Positions 24,640-37,930 of a stretch of 64,000 bases of DNA are shown here, piece after piece. The stretch covers positions 121,150,001-121,214,000 of the forward strand of contig NC_058368.1 of NCBI RefSeq assembly GCF_018350175.1, written 5' to 3'. The first letter of the stretch is position 1, and each line of letters opens with the position of its first letter. Position numbers and translations under genes: made by a program. The DNA is from Felis catus. Taxonomy: Eukaryota. A model generated the notes under the pieces. The model had not been told where the DNA came from and searched no databases. It saw only the letters and a program-made list of their open reading frames with translations.

Positions 24640-25245
24640 CTATGTACACCTACACTGGGAAAAAGGCAAACGGGAATAAATAATCATTTCATTGATGAGG
24701 TATAGTTAAATGTTTATCTAATCCTGAATCTCAACCTAACTTTTGGTTTATATAAAGCACAGGATATAGAAGAATGGGCTAAATGACACCAAGAGAGAAC
24801 AATCAGATATACTAAGCCACTATGTGGGACGTCCTACCAGACTATGAGACTCACCACAAAGTCAATACGCTGGGGAAAAAGTGTTGGGATGACAGAACGT
24901 TCTAGATTTAAAGATATAAACAAATCTAATATATGAACCTTGACTATTCCTGCAGAAACTTGACTCTAGAGTTGGTTTCAGATGGAACTAGAGAATTATT
25001 GGCAGAATAATACCATGTGTTTATGGGGAGAATGACCTTTTTGTAAGAGATACATGCTGAAATATTTAAGGTGAAGTATCATATTTGCAATTGATTGTGA
25101 ACCAGTTTATCCCCCCATATATATTCATATTTAAATATATATGTACATATGTGAAGTAAAACGAATGGGAAAAATGTTAATTCTTGATGGTTGTTTATTG
25201 TACTCTAATGTTCTTCTGTTTGAAATATATAAAATAAAAATTGGA
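24640..25245 (+). mobile_element. old L1 (L1ME-like) 3' fragment
   Basis: gagatacatgctgaaatatttaaggtgaagt...gaaaaatgttaa...gtttattgtact...tttgaaat. Confidence 0.55.
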
Positions 25246-25568
25246 GGCCAATAATGTGCTAACCAAAATACTCAAAACTATCTAGGTCTGCTTCTGTGCA
25301 TTTAGATTTAGACCCTGGTGTATTCTGAATCTTCGTAGGAGTAGAATTTTTATCCTATTCTATCTGGTGTCATTTACTGGACTTTATTTTTATGTGTACT
25401 TTGGGATTTGGGAGATTATATTAGATATGTGTCTTGATGAAAGAAATGTGTAATTATTGCAAATTGAGTATGAACATTATCCTTTAGCAGTCTCTCCACA
25501 TCTATCATTTCTAATCAAAGTAGCACTTATAAATTAAACATATCCTTTTAATCTGCTCATATATAACT

Positions 25569-25572
<4 letters not shown>

Positions 25573-25640
<68 letters not shown>
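25573..25640. repeat. compound microsatellite (AG)21(TG)13
   Basis: Perfect repeat, directly visible. Confidence 0.97.
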
Positions 25641-25641
<1 letters not shown>

Positions 25642-26136
25642 TTAAGCCCCAGTCTGGCATTTTGAAACTCTTTTGAAATATTTTTATGGCAGAAGATTAT
25701 GATAGCTATTGATCATTTGAGGAGAGCTGTGAGAGTTCACAGGACTTTATATCTAGTTTACAGTTCCCCCTGTACCAAAACCAACCAAAACAGAAATTTC
25801 CAAGGCAATGTTTCAAGAAACTACATTTCATTTCACTACTTTTTCCCCCTAAGTTTTTCCCTCACAGATAAGTTTTTCATTATGGACCTAGGTGACATGG
25901 GACATAGTCTAGTGGCTTGTCTCATTTTCCCCCCACACCACAGGACAATCGGACAAGGACTCCAGCCCATCCAAAGTGTGGGATCAATGGATTCTGATTA
26001 GAAGGTTAGATATTTTTCTCATGCCATTATTTCCCAAAGTAGGCTTCACAGAGGTAATAGTTATTCCTTGAGGGGGAAAAAGAACTAATAAAATAAGTTT
26101 GGGAAAGGCTGGGTTCAGCTAAGTAAAATTCATTTC

Positions 26137-26360
26137 GGGACACCTGGCTGGCTCAGTCAGTTAAGCATCTAACTTCAGCTCAGGTCACGATCTCACAGCT
26201 CATGAGTTCAAGCCCCACATCAGGCTCTGTGCTGACAGCTCAGAGCCTGGAGCCTGCTTTGGATTCTGTGACTCCGGCTCTCTGCCCCTCCCCCACTCAT
26301 GTTCTGTTTCTGTCTCTCTCTCTCTCTCTCTCTCTCTAAAACAAACATTTAAAAAAAAAT
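26137..26360 (+). mobile_element. CAN-SINE
   Basis: Head, (CT)n tract and A tail. Confidence 0.9.
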
Positions 26361-27443
26361 TATTTTAACTGATTTCTTTGCTGCAGGACTTCTTAGAATG
26401 TTAAATATGCTAATGTACTTTACCAGTCTCCGCTGAGGGATACACCATTTCCAAAACGTAGTAACTGCAAAACTTTTTACTGCTCGGATTCTACTTCATT
26501 GGACCAGTGTTCTGAGGAATATAGTGTTGGAGATGTTGTTCTAAGATGCTTCCTTGCTTAAAAATTCTCCTCACCTCCCACTCCTACTTCTTGGTAGTGA
26601 ACAACCGTTACTGCTTATTGAGTACACGCTATATATGGAAGAGGTATTTCAGATAGGAAAACTGGAAACTGCAGCTCAGAGAGGTTAAGCTGTCTGCCCA
26701 TGGTTCCACAGCCATGAAATCTGACAGTTGGTACTCTGAGTTTGGTCCCTAAAGCTCAAGCTTGCCACCATTTTTGCTCTTCTCCTATCACCAAATTGAC
26801 CACTTAAGGAAAAAGAAGTCATTTCCTTAAAGGTAGAACAGAAAATTATTTTAACTAGTCTAGTTGTAATCTAAAACCCGTAATAGACTTCTGAATATAT
26901 GATCAGGGAGGCCTCTCTGTGGCTGGAATGTAACTGAGCTGCCCACACGCTAGGTTGGTTCTCTATGCTCTGCCTCAGAGGAGACCCCACAGTTTGCTTT
27001 GAAACTTAACCACCTGTATTATCTGTAAATCACCGGAATGGAGCGATAGGCCATCTTCCGCGTACGTTGAAATGCTTTTTCCTCATTGCCTCTGAGTAGA
27101 GCTGGCACAAGTCTTTGTGTCACAGGCCAAAAGCCCCACGTCAGAATGTAAAGGGAAGGTTCCCAGAGGACCGAGCAGAGGGTGCATGTAGTGGAAAAAC
27201 ATCAACCTTGCCAGAAACCACAGGCGAAAATCTGGGGCTTCATTAAAAACTAATAATCACTTGGGATTATTCTAGTATTGCAGAGACCCTGCCCCTGCAG
27301 CCCCTGGTTTGCCAGCTAGTGAATAAGGAACCAATACTTCAAACTCCTCTCTCACATCTGACTCACTGTGCGTTTCTACCAGACAACAAGCAAGAAGGGA
27401 TCTCAGAGGCCACAAAATGGCCCTGACTTTTCTCGATCCCAAC

Positions 27444-28651
27444 AGTCTCCAATGGAAACATAATGTGATCCACATATGTAGTTTTTTTTAATGTTTATTT
27501 TTGAGAGAGAGAGAGAGACAGAGACAGAGTGTGAGTGGGGAAGGGTCAGAGAGAGAAGGAGACACAGAATCTGAAGCAGGCTCCAGGCTCTGAGCTGTCA
27601 GCAAAGAGTCTGACGCACGCTTGAACCCACAAACCATGAGATTGTGACCTGACCCGAAGCCGGACGCTTAACTGACTGAGTCACCCAGTTGCCCCCATAT
27701 ATGTAGTTTTAAATTTTCTACAAATAAAATTTTCTAACAAAATAAAAAGAAACAAGTGAAATTCATTTTAATAACATTTAATCCAATGAATCCAAACTTT
27801 TTTCATTTCAACATGTAATGTAATATAGGAATGGTGTTCATAAGATATTCTATATTCTTTTTTTTTTTTAGTTTTATGTATTTAAGTAATCTCTACACCC
27901 AGTGTGGGGCTTGAACTCACGACCTCAAGATCAAGAGTCACATGCTCTTCTGACTGAGCCAGCCAGGAGTCCCTATATTCTTTTTTGCTTTCTAAATCTT
28001 CAAAGTCCTCTGGGTATTTTACACTTAGAGCATCTCAATTAGTTCAGTAAACCTTTTATTAGAAATATTTGATCTGTATTCAGAGTTCAGGAAATTTACA
28101 GTAGGCAAGGTAGATTCACTACCCAACTAAGTTGTCCTGATCATACTTAAAAGTTTCCCAATAACTGAATAGAGCATTAGTTTTTAAATGTGTAAATTAA
28201 ATTAAAAGTTTCGTTCTTTAGGGCATTTGGGTGGCTCAGTTAAGCATCTGACTCATGGTCTTGGTTCAGGTCTTGATCTCAGCATCCTGAGTTCAAGCCC
28301 CGCACTGGGCTCCATGGTGGGATTGAAACCTACATTAAAAAAAAAAAAAAAAAAAGAGCCACTTGGTTTGGTCAGTTGGTTAAGCATCCGGCTTAGGCTC
28401 AGGTCACAATCTCAGGGTTCATGGCTCCACATCAGGCTCTGCACTGATATACTGACATTTGTGGGTTCAAGCCCCATGTCGGTCTCTGCAGCGACAGCTC
28501 AGAGACTGCTTCGGATTCTTGCTCTGTCTGTCTCTCTCTTTCAAAAATAAAAAAATCAACATTTAAAAAACAAAAAGTTTAGTTCTTCAGTTGCACTAGC
28601 CACATTTCAAGGCTCAGTATCCACATGTGGCTATACTACCATACAGCACAG
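27444..28651. mobile_element. hAT-Charlie (Charlie1/MER33-family) DNA transposon with SINE insertions at ~27482-27695, ~27856-27973 and ~28221-28575
   Basis: tccaatggaaacataatgtgatccacatatgta...aaagaaacaagtgaaatt...catttcaacatgtaat...catctcaatt...ctagccacatttcaag...ccacatgtggcta. Confidence 0.75.
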
Positions 28652-28655
28652 ATAG

Positions 28656-29569
28656 TGCAGAAGTTCTTAAGAGGGCCAGGAGTGCCCTCTGAGGGGCATT
28701 ATGGAAATATGTGGAAATGCTTCTTTCTCAGTACTGTACTCACAATGAATGAACACCACAGATATTTAGTGGGTGGGAGGCCAGGGATGCAGAACATTCT
28801 GCAATAAGAAGGGCAGTCTGACACAACCGAAAACTGTCCCACACCCCAGACTCTCATGCAGGTAAAACACCTGTTTATAATTATCTGAGTCTAGAATCTG
28901 TTCGTTTACTGGTGAGAGTGAGGAGCTTGGCTTTAATGTACATTTCTGGGGACCAAACAGCCAAATAAATTAAGGGAAGTTTGTACTTTAATTAAAAGCT
29001 CTGCTGAGCAGCACCTGGATGGCTCAGTCAATTAAGCATCAGACTTCAGCTCAAGACATGATCTCCCTGTTCGTGAGTTCGAGCCCTGTGTTGGGCTCTG
29101 GGCTGATTCTGTTTCCCTCTCTCTTTGCCCTTCCCCAACTTGTGCATGCGTGTGTGTGTATGTGTGTGAGGTCTCTCTCTCTCTCTCTCTCTCTCAAAAA
29201 TAAATAAACATTTTTTTAAAAAAAGCTCTGCTGAGAATTGTCTACCATTTTAGAAAATCACATCACAGATTGAAATGCTGCTCCTACATCAGATAGCTGT
29301 TGCATTCACAGGGGTCCTAGACATAAGCAGACCATCCGACCGACTACTTCACAATATCTCCTAGGGAAAACACACCCAAGCATTTACTATTACAATACAT
29401 AGTATTTTACTATCAATTATTTTCCCTTTACTTCTATTCATACTCAAGGGTTTTCAAGGACAGGGTGTTGTATTGGTTTTTCAAGTTATATTTCTAGGTA
29501 GATTAACCTATTAGTTTCTTTATTTAATGTTTATTTTGGGTGAGGGAGGGAGGGAGGGAGGGAGGGAGG

Positions 29570-29606
<37 letters not shown>

Positions 29607-29868
29607 CAAGCAGGGGAGGGACAGAGAGAGGCAGAGAGAGAATCCCACGCAGGTTCCACTCGCTGTCAGCGCAGAGCTCCACACGGGGCTCGATCCCACG
29701 CTGGGAGACCATGACCTGAGCTGAAATCAAGAGTGGGACGCTTAACCGACTGAGCCACCCAGGCGCCCCTAATCTATTAGTTTCATTCTAGAATAGTAAA
29801 GGAGGTGTTATGAAATAAGAGTTACTGAAAGCATGCATTGCACCTGATGCATGAGAATCCTGCTCTAG
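28656..29868. mobile_element. MER20/MER20B-like hAT DNA transposon with SINEs at ~29008-29224 (+) and ~29518-29769 (-)
   Basis: agtgggtgggaggccagggatgcagaacattctgcaat...acacaaccgaaaactgtcc motif. Confidence 0.5.
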
Positions 29869-30704
29869 GAAGCATGACTAGTTCTAGCCGATGAAGACTG
29901 CCACCTGCAGGGAGGAAAGCGAACCGAGGCTCCATTAAGGAAGCCACACTGGAAAGAATGTGGGTAAGGAAAGAGCTGCTTCAATTAAACAAATCTGTAT
30001 TTTGCACCAGTAGGTCCAAAGTATTGTGCTTCTGGAAGATAAGGCTATGGATGTGACCAAACAATCACAGTTTTGTTCCCAAGCAGTTCACAGTCTAGTA
30101 CTGGATGTGGGTCTGGGGAGGCAAGGATCAGGTCATGTGGGCAAGAATGATGATTTCTACGCATTTCAAACCTCTCTGCTGGCAACTTGTTCAGGTTAGC
30201 TGATCTAGGAAAATATAACAAGAGTGCTAAATTTTCTGCACATATTTTTTTTTCAAAATTTATACCAACTGAGAAATTGTATATAAAAACTTAACACAAG
30301 TGTTGCATGAATACAGCCTTTTGCAGGATAAATTTTAAAAATTAGACAGGTATAAAGAATAAAGCAAAAAGTCTGCTTCACTCTTCCCCCCAAAACTATT
30401 ATTTTCAGTCTAGAATATGGCCTTGCCAACATTTTATGCATTTCTATACATAAGTATGCAAATACAAATAAATGGCTTGGTTGTTTTTTAAACATAAATG
30501 AAACATAAATGAAATTATATACATATAGGCATATGTGTGTATACGTGTGTATACATATGTGTGTATAACTCCATTTATATTTAAATATATTTTAATAGTT
30601 TTACAATGTGACTTAATTTAAAAATATATCTTGGACATCTTTCTGTGTCAATTCCTACAGTTCCCTCTCATTGATTTCAAGAGTCCATACTAACTCATTG
30701 TAAA

Positions 30705-31400
30705 TAATTCATTCATTCTTCAACAAATATTTATTAAGCACTTAATATATGCTTAAAACTATTCTATGGGCTAAGGATGTAATAGGAAACCACAAAACCA
30801 AAAGAAAAAAAAAAAGGCAACATACTGCCTTCAAAGAGCTTATATTTCAGTGTCAAGAAATAGACAATACACTTAAAAATAAGTAAATAATATACAGTAT
30901 ATGAAAAAGTGATAAATTCTAGGAAAAAGGGTAAAGGGGATTGGCACTACTAAATTGGGAGTGAAATAGAACATAATTAAAAATGGCAGATAGAACAGGC
31001 CTTAGTGAGAAGCAGGCTTGAGCAGATGATGGGGGGAGCTATGAGGATACGGGGGAAAAGAGTTTTCCAGACAATAGGAAAAGCCAGTAGAAAGGCTCTA
31101 AGGTAGGATTCAAAGAACAGCAAGGATGCTACTGCAGGTAGAAAGGCAAGCTGGGAAGCAGAAGACTAAGTCGAAAGTGATTGCAGAAATCTACAAAAGA
31201 GCTAACAGTGGCTTGAGAACAGGGTGATAGCTGTGCAGGTAATGAGAACAAGTCAAACTGTGAACATATTTTAAAGGTAGAGTCAACAGGATTTACTGAT
31301 GGTATTCACATGCGGAGTGAGAGAAAAAAATTGAATCAAACACAATTCCAATGTTTTACCCTAAGCACCTGGAGATACTCTGGTGCATTGACTGAGATGT
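30705..31400 (-). mobile_element. L2 LINE fragment
   Basis: attcattcattcttcaacaaatatttattaagcactt start; gaaggtagagtcaacaggatttactgatgg. Confidence 0.75.
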
Positions 31401-31868
31401 ACCTGTTCTTTATAAACTCACATTTAGGTTATTCCTGGGTCTTCTCTATTATAAATGATCCTACAAAGACTTTCCTGTTACATGTATCTTTGTGCACAGC
31501 CAGTTGGGCTTCCCCCTGAAGGATTTCACTTGTCTCTCACCTTTGGAATGAGCTGATCTAATCTCACCAACCAGGAAGGATAGGTGTTTTTCTGGGGACA
31601 CACAAAGGAATCAGTGAGCTAAGCCAACTGAAACATGAAGAAGAGGTAGTCTTTTCCCTTTTGTATTTTCCCTTTCTGCATCATCCCATTCCCCAATTGA
31701 TACTGTGCATGATAAAACCAAGTAAGAGCTAACACTTCTGAGTGCTTAAGTGCCAGGCACGGTGTTAAGCGATTCACAAGCATTATCTCCCTTTTATCCT
31801 CATAACAACACTATGAAGTAAATGTTTAAGTTACGTCCATTGTAAAGGTAAGAAGTAAAAGAATTCCA

Positions 31869-32080
31869 GGGGCACCTGGGTGGCTCAGTCAGTTAAACAT
31901 CTGACTTTGGCTCAGGTCATGATCTCACGGTTCGTGGGTTCAAGATCCGCATCAGGCTCCATGCTGACGGCTCAGAGCCTGGAGCCTGCTTGGGATTCTG
32001 TGTCTCCCTCTCTCTGCCCCTCTCCTGCTTGCGCTCTCTCTCTCTCAAAAAAAAATAATAAACATTAAAAAAAAAAAGAA
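31869..32080 (+). mobile_element. CAN-SINE with perfect 18-bp TSD, inside a MIR
   Basis: TSD AAGAAGTAAAAGAATTCC at 31850-31867 and 32081-32098. Confidence 0.95.
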
Positions 32081-33928
32081 AAGAAGTAAAAGAATTCCTT
32101 GAAGGGACTGAATGTTTCCCTAGGGTCAAAGAGCTGCAAGCGATAGAACTTGGATTTTACCGGGACCATCTGACCCTGGAGCCCACAACCTCAACCATCT
32201 GTACTAGGCATGATTTAAATATAAATAAGCTCCTGTATTATTCCTGTGGGTTTTTTCTTTGGAACAAATACTTTCAATTGCATTTACAGTAAAGATTATG
32301 TCTAGCCCCCTTAAAGCCAGTGCAGGGTAATGCAAAGGGCATAGGCTTTAGAGTTAGCTCCTTCTGGTTGTGCGATCTTGGGTAAACGGCTTAACCTCTC
32401 TGAATCTTAGGTAGGTGAGTCAGGGACCTGAGAAAATGTAATGTAGCACGGCTAAATTTCTAGAGGCACTTGTGAGTATAGAAACCTCCTAAAGATTAAT
32501 GTAACAATGTATGTTAATTATACTTCGATTTTTTAAAAACCTTAAAGATTTTAGATCCAGGCATCCTGTTAGTGGCTTAAGACTGGCAACAAGGTCCAGA
32601 GCATCTACTGATGAAATCTTAGATCATTCTCTTCACTCCTTGAGGTCCCCCTGTTATAAATCAGTTTCCATTGACATTCGGCACCCTCCCTCTCTTCCTT
32701 CTTCATGCCTTCCTCCCTATCCCTCCCTATCCTGTATCAGAGCTGCCCCTGAAGGCACCAAAAGATCTCAGGGCCCTGGCAAGGTTTGCCTTGGAGTCAA
32801 ATGATGAGAACTCTTATCCCAAGTCAATCCATGAGATTACTGGACAACTGGTACAAGCCCTTAGCACTCTCTGGGCTTCTATTTCCTCATCTCTAAAAAT
32901 GTTAGTTGACTAAACTCTAAATTCTCTCTCAGAATGAACACCCTACAACTCTATCTCTAGTAGTGATGAGAAGGAAGAGTGATGAGTGGACATAGTGAAC
33001 ACGAAGAATCTGGTTTCGTGCCCATATTTACTGATCTGTGAGAGGCCACTGTTGATTGTCGCTGGACTGGACGCTCAACTGTTGTCCATGCAGCAAAAGC
33101 CATTTTTTGCCTGAGGAAACAAAATGTCCTGGGAAATTTCACAAAAATTGCTCTTAAATTGTCTAAAGACCTACAAATTTACACCAAGTGGGGCATTACA
33201 TGAAGCCTGAGGTCCCCAGTGGTGTCTGTAAGTGTTCCTCCCCAGCAAAATTTTACAACACTTCAGAGATGTGTCCTGGGCTGCTTGGTTTAACAATCAA
33301 TCGTGTCAAAGGCCGAAGAGCATGTGTGGCTGAGGCTGAGTGTGGTTTGACTCCAAATCCAGGGAGCTGACTGATGTGTGAGTATGGGTATCTGCCCAGA
33401 GGAGTATGCTGAAAACAGAACTTTGGTAGGGTTACATCCATTCCCCCATCCCCTCCATCCTACAAAGGTCAGACTCCCAGAAAGACACACACACTCACAC
33501 ACATAAACCCCACATCCACCCCACTCCTGAGAACCACCACTGCTGAGAAAACAGATTGAAAGAAGGAGACCCAGAGTAGGAGCCGGGATACTGTGATTGT
33601 GGCCTGACAACCAGTGGGTCTTGACCCTGGAAATGGTCTTCTTTGGGCCTTAATTGCATTAACTGTAAAGTGAAACAGCTGCACTTGAACTTGTTAACTG
33701 ACTATGATTCTTGCCTGACATACTGAGAAGCTAAACTGGCTTTTTCCAGGCTTGGACAGGCTCTGGTAGCTACAATTGTCTGTTCTGCACAATTTCCCAG
33801 TCGTGGGAGTATTTTTGAGCATCTCTCCACCCTGCTCCATGTGGCCCTTGTAGGAGGTACAAGACCCTACCATCCTGTCCACAATGATTGTTTCAGGGTT
33901 GAGCAGGTGAACTCAAAAAGATTGTATC

Positions 33929-34135
33929 AGGGGGCACATGGGTGGCTCAGTCAGTTAAGCATCCGACTCTTGCTTTCGGCTCAGGTCATGATCTCACAGT
34001 CCTTGAGATCAAGCCCCACGTTGGGCTCCATGCTGACAGGGTGAAGCCTGCTTGTGATTCTCTGCCTCTCCCTTTCTCTGCCCCTCCTTGCTCTGTCTCT
34101 CACACACACACAAATAAATAAACACTAAAAACAAA
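33929..34135 (+). mobile_element. CAN-SINE
   Basis: Typical head and tail. Confidence 0.9.
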
Positions 34136-34154
34136 AGAATATATCAGATGCTCA

Positions 34155-34632
34155 CCTTATCTTTTTGATACCTATTGCTAATACCATAATGCCCTGAAAC
34201 TTAATAGTTTTAAATGACAACCACTTTATTCTCTGTCATCGTTCAGGGTTTCAGTCATGTGGAGGCTAGATTGGGCAAGAACAGCCGGGATGCTGACCCA
34301 CACCCTGTGTTCACTCATGGTGGTTGCTGGTGCTGGGTAGCAGCTGAAGCCTCAGCTGTGATTGCTGACCGAGCATCTCACTTCTTCTTCCCTGTAGTCT
34401 TTCATTACAGCCTGGGCTTCTTAGGGCATGTCAGGTGTGCTCCAAGAGAGATCATTCCAAGAAGACAAGTCCCAATTTGCCAGCAACTAATCAAGCTTCT
34501 GTTTACATCATGCTTGCTAAAGTCCCATCAGCCAAAAAAGTCACACATCCAAGCCCAGAGTCACTAAGGGATAACACTACACAACATCATGAATACCAAA
34601 AAGCATGGTTCTTTGGGGTCACCAATTAACCA
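34155..34632. mobile_element. MLT1-type (ERVL-MaLR) LTR
   Basis: ctattgct...aaacttaatagttttaaatgacaacc...cttgctaaagtcccatcagccaaa..aagtcacacatccaagcccagagtca...catggttctttggggtcacc. Confidence 0.7.
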
Positions 34633-34727
34633 ATAAATTTCCTTTTGTGCTTAAGCTGGTTTGAGTTGCTGCCACTTGTTGCCAAAAGACTCATGACTAA
34701 TTACAGTCAAAATATCTGAATTAATGA

Positions 34728-35011
34728 AAAGTACAGCACAGGGAATATAGTCAATAATATCATAATAACCTTGTATGGTGACACATGGTAATTGCACCCG
34801 TGTTTAGCATTTCATAATGCGTAGAACAGTAGAATCACTATTTTGTACACCTGAAACTAATGTGTCTACTTCAACTAAAAATAAATAAACAGGGGCACCT
34901 GGGGGGCTGAGTCGGTTAACTGTTGGACTCTTTTGATTTCTACTCAGGTCATGATCTCATGGTTTATGAGCCCCGCGTCTGGCTCTGCACTGAGCATGGA
35001 GCCGGCTTGGA

Positions 35012-35054
<43 letters not shown>

Positions 35055-35145
35055 CACCCCCCACCCCCGTGCTCCTCTCCCCCACTGGCATGCATGCTTT
35101 CTCTCTCTCTAAAATAAAAACAAACCTTAATACCATTTTTTTTTA
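34728..35145 (+). mobile_element. L1 3' tip (~34728-34890) followed by a CAN-SINE (~34892-35145)
   Basis: tacagcacagggaatatagtcaataat...tgtacacctgaaactaat, then a SINE head in the L1 A-tail. Confidence 0.85.
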
Positions 35146-35715
35146 AGTTCTGAATTCAATTCTTGCCCTTACCACTGCACAACCAAAAAGTTACCTGGAC
35201 TGAGATTCAGCTTCTTTCTTCTTAAAATAGGGATAATACTCAGTTCAGAATACCATTATGAAAAATTAGTAAGTTGAAAAGCCTCAGAACAACTTACAAA
35301 TCCAAACGTGCTCTACAAATACATGTGCTACAAAAATAAACAGATCACAGTGATGAGGAAAAAGGACAAACTGAAAGTTTCACTCAATTCAGTTTGTTAT
35401 TCACTCATTTTACAAACAGTTCTCAGATACTTCTTATGTGCACAATACTATCATAACCGGTTGGCTATGTAGGGGAAAAGATGTCCAAGCCCTCAAAGAT
35501 TTTAGAGTCCAAGAGGGGAAATAGGTATGTACAGATATAACATTCAACCAAGGCCATAAATAAAAAATGCTACTTTATTAAGAGAGGAATAAATAAAGAC
35601 TATGGAGAGAGATGGAGGGAATAAATCATTTTGAGCTGTATGGGGGTTAAGGAGAAAAATGAGGACATCCTAGAAAAGATGATACTTAACTTGGGCCATT
35701 AATGTGTTGGCTTTT

Positions 35716-35912
35716 GGGGTGCCTAGGTGGTTCAGTCAGTTGAGGATCTGACTTTGGCTCAGGTCATTATCTCAGTTTGTGGGTTCAAGCCCCACATTGG
35801 GCTTTGCATTGACAGCGCAGAACCTGCTTCAGATTCTGTCTCCCTTTCTCCCTGCCCCTCCCCCACTCACTTGCCCATGTGCACGCTCTCTCAAAAATAA
35901 ACATTTTAAAAA
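35716..35912 (+). mobile_element. CAN-SINE
   Basis: TSD aatgtgttggctttt. Confidence 0.9.
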
Positions 35913-36784
35913 GGAATGTGTTGGCTTTTATATACATAGAGAAGGCAAAAGGCATTCTACAGAGTGGTCACTAAATGAACAAATGCTGGGAGACATATAA
36001 GTACATGTATGTGTACATTTGGACCAATAAAAGAACAAATGGCATTCCAAGAATAGCACACGGTCCAGGGGTTCTGAGGTAAAGGGAATATGGGAGTGCA
36101 TGGTGACACATACAACTGGAGGACCAGGCTAGCACTACATTACAATGAGTCTTGAATACCAGACCAAGGATTCTGGCATTTATTTCAACAGGGAGTCACC
36201 AAGGATCCTAGGGCACGATAGTGACAAGATCAGAACCGTGTTTTGCAAACATCTGGTGGTAACATGGGATGAACCTGACAATGATATCTATACTTCTCTT
36301 TACAGGGGCAGCCCTCTCTTTCTCAGTCTGTGGACTGTTGGTGGGTCTGAAACCCCTACTCTCACATTCTACTCCAGGGGTGGTGAGATGAATCGATTTG
36401 GCCAATAGGAGCATTTTATCACACTAGATCACAGTGATTGGTTTAGAAAGAGGCACCTGAATCGACCTAGGTTAATTATATTGTCTCCTGGACTTGTGTC
36501 CATTGGTATTGTTAAGGTAGTATTACATAATGCTAAAGTTTTTAGTGACCAAGAAAGCTTACCTGAGAATGAAGCTAATAACAAAGAAAAAGAGACATTG
36601 GTCAAAGGTAGTCAAGGACCAGTGGGTTCATTTGAGTTCCTACACAGAGCTACCCTAAAAGCAATACATTGAATTTCCAATCACATTAGAAGTGATAAAA
36701 CCACATTCAATTTGAATTGGTTTTCTTTTTTTAATGAAATGATTCCTGACAATACAGTTGGCACTACGGTAATCTCTTTTAACA

Positions 36785-37930
36785 GTCATTCATGCATTCA
36801 TTTAAAAAATATGCTTAAGGGGGCGCCTGGGTGGCTCAGTCAGTTAAGCGTCCGACTTTGGCTGAGGTCATGATCTCACAGTCCTTGAGTTCGAGCCCCG
36901 CGTCGGGCTCTGTGCTGACAGCTCAGAGCCTGGAGCCTGTTTCAGATTCTGTCTCCCTCTCTCTCTGGCCCTCTCCCATTCATGCTCTGTCTCTCTCTGT
37001 CTCAAAAATAAATAAACATTAAAAAAAATTTGTTTAAATAAATTAAAAAAATATGCTTAAGTGCCTACTATGTGCCAGGTACCATTGTTGGCACTGAAAA
37101 ATCAGACAAATATTCCTCCCTCACAGAATTTACATTCTAGAATGGATAAGGGGGTAGATTAACTGAGATTAGAATTATAAGGGGAGCAGCAGGATCCTGG
37201 AGGGCTTAATAGGCCATTTTAAGAATTTAATTTTCATTCTAAGAGACAGAAAGCCATTGGAGTGGTTTCTTTTTTAATTTTTTTAATGTTTATTTATTTT
37301 TCAGGCAGAGACAGAGCACAGTGGGGGGAGGGGCAGAGAGAGAGGGAGACACAGAATCCAAAGCAGGCTCCAGGCTCTGAGTTGTCAGCCCAGGGCCCGA
37401 CATGGGGCTTGAACTCACGAACCATGAGATTATGACCTGAACCGAAGTTGGACACTCAACCGAGACACCCAGGCGCTCCCACTGGAGTGTTTTGAGCAAA
37501 GGTGGGGCATTCACCAATGCAGATTTAAAAGGATCACTGTAGCTATCATAATGAGTATGAAGAAGAAGGGCTTGAGTGAAAGCAGGCCAGTTAAGAGACC
37601 ATGGAAATCAGGAAAAAGGATGGTAGCTTGGTCCACAGTTGCAACTACAAAGGCAAAAGACATGGTCAGCTTCCAAATCTATTTGGAAGATGAAGGCCAA
37701 CAGTTGTTGCTGATGAACTGGACACAGGATCATATAAGGGAGGGCAAAATGGTGGAGAAGAGTCCAAAATTTTTACTCGAGCACCTCAAAGGACAGAGTT
37801 GCTATTAACACATATGGGGAAGTCTGAAAGATGACCAAATCTGGGGATGAAGGTCAGCAGTTTTGTCTTCATCACGTTAAATTTGAGTTGCCTGTTAAGA
37901 CTTCTAAGCAGAGACATGGAGTAGGCATCT
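36785..37930 (-). mobile_element. L2 fragment carrying SINEs at ~36819-37045 (+) and ~37266-37479 (-)
   Basis: cattcatgcattcattt...tgcctactatgtgccagg...aagccattggag...tttgagttgcctgtt; SINE TSD aaaaatatgcttaag. Confidence 0.75.
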
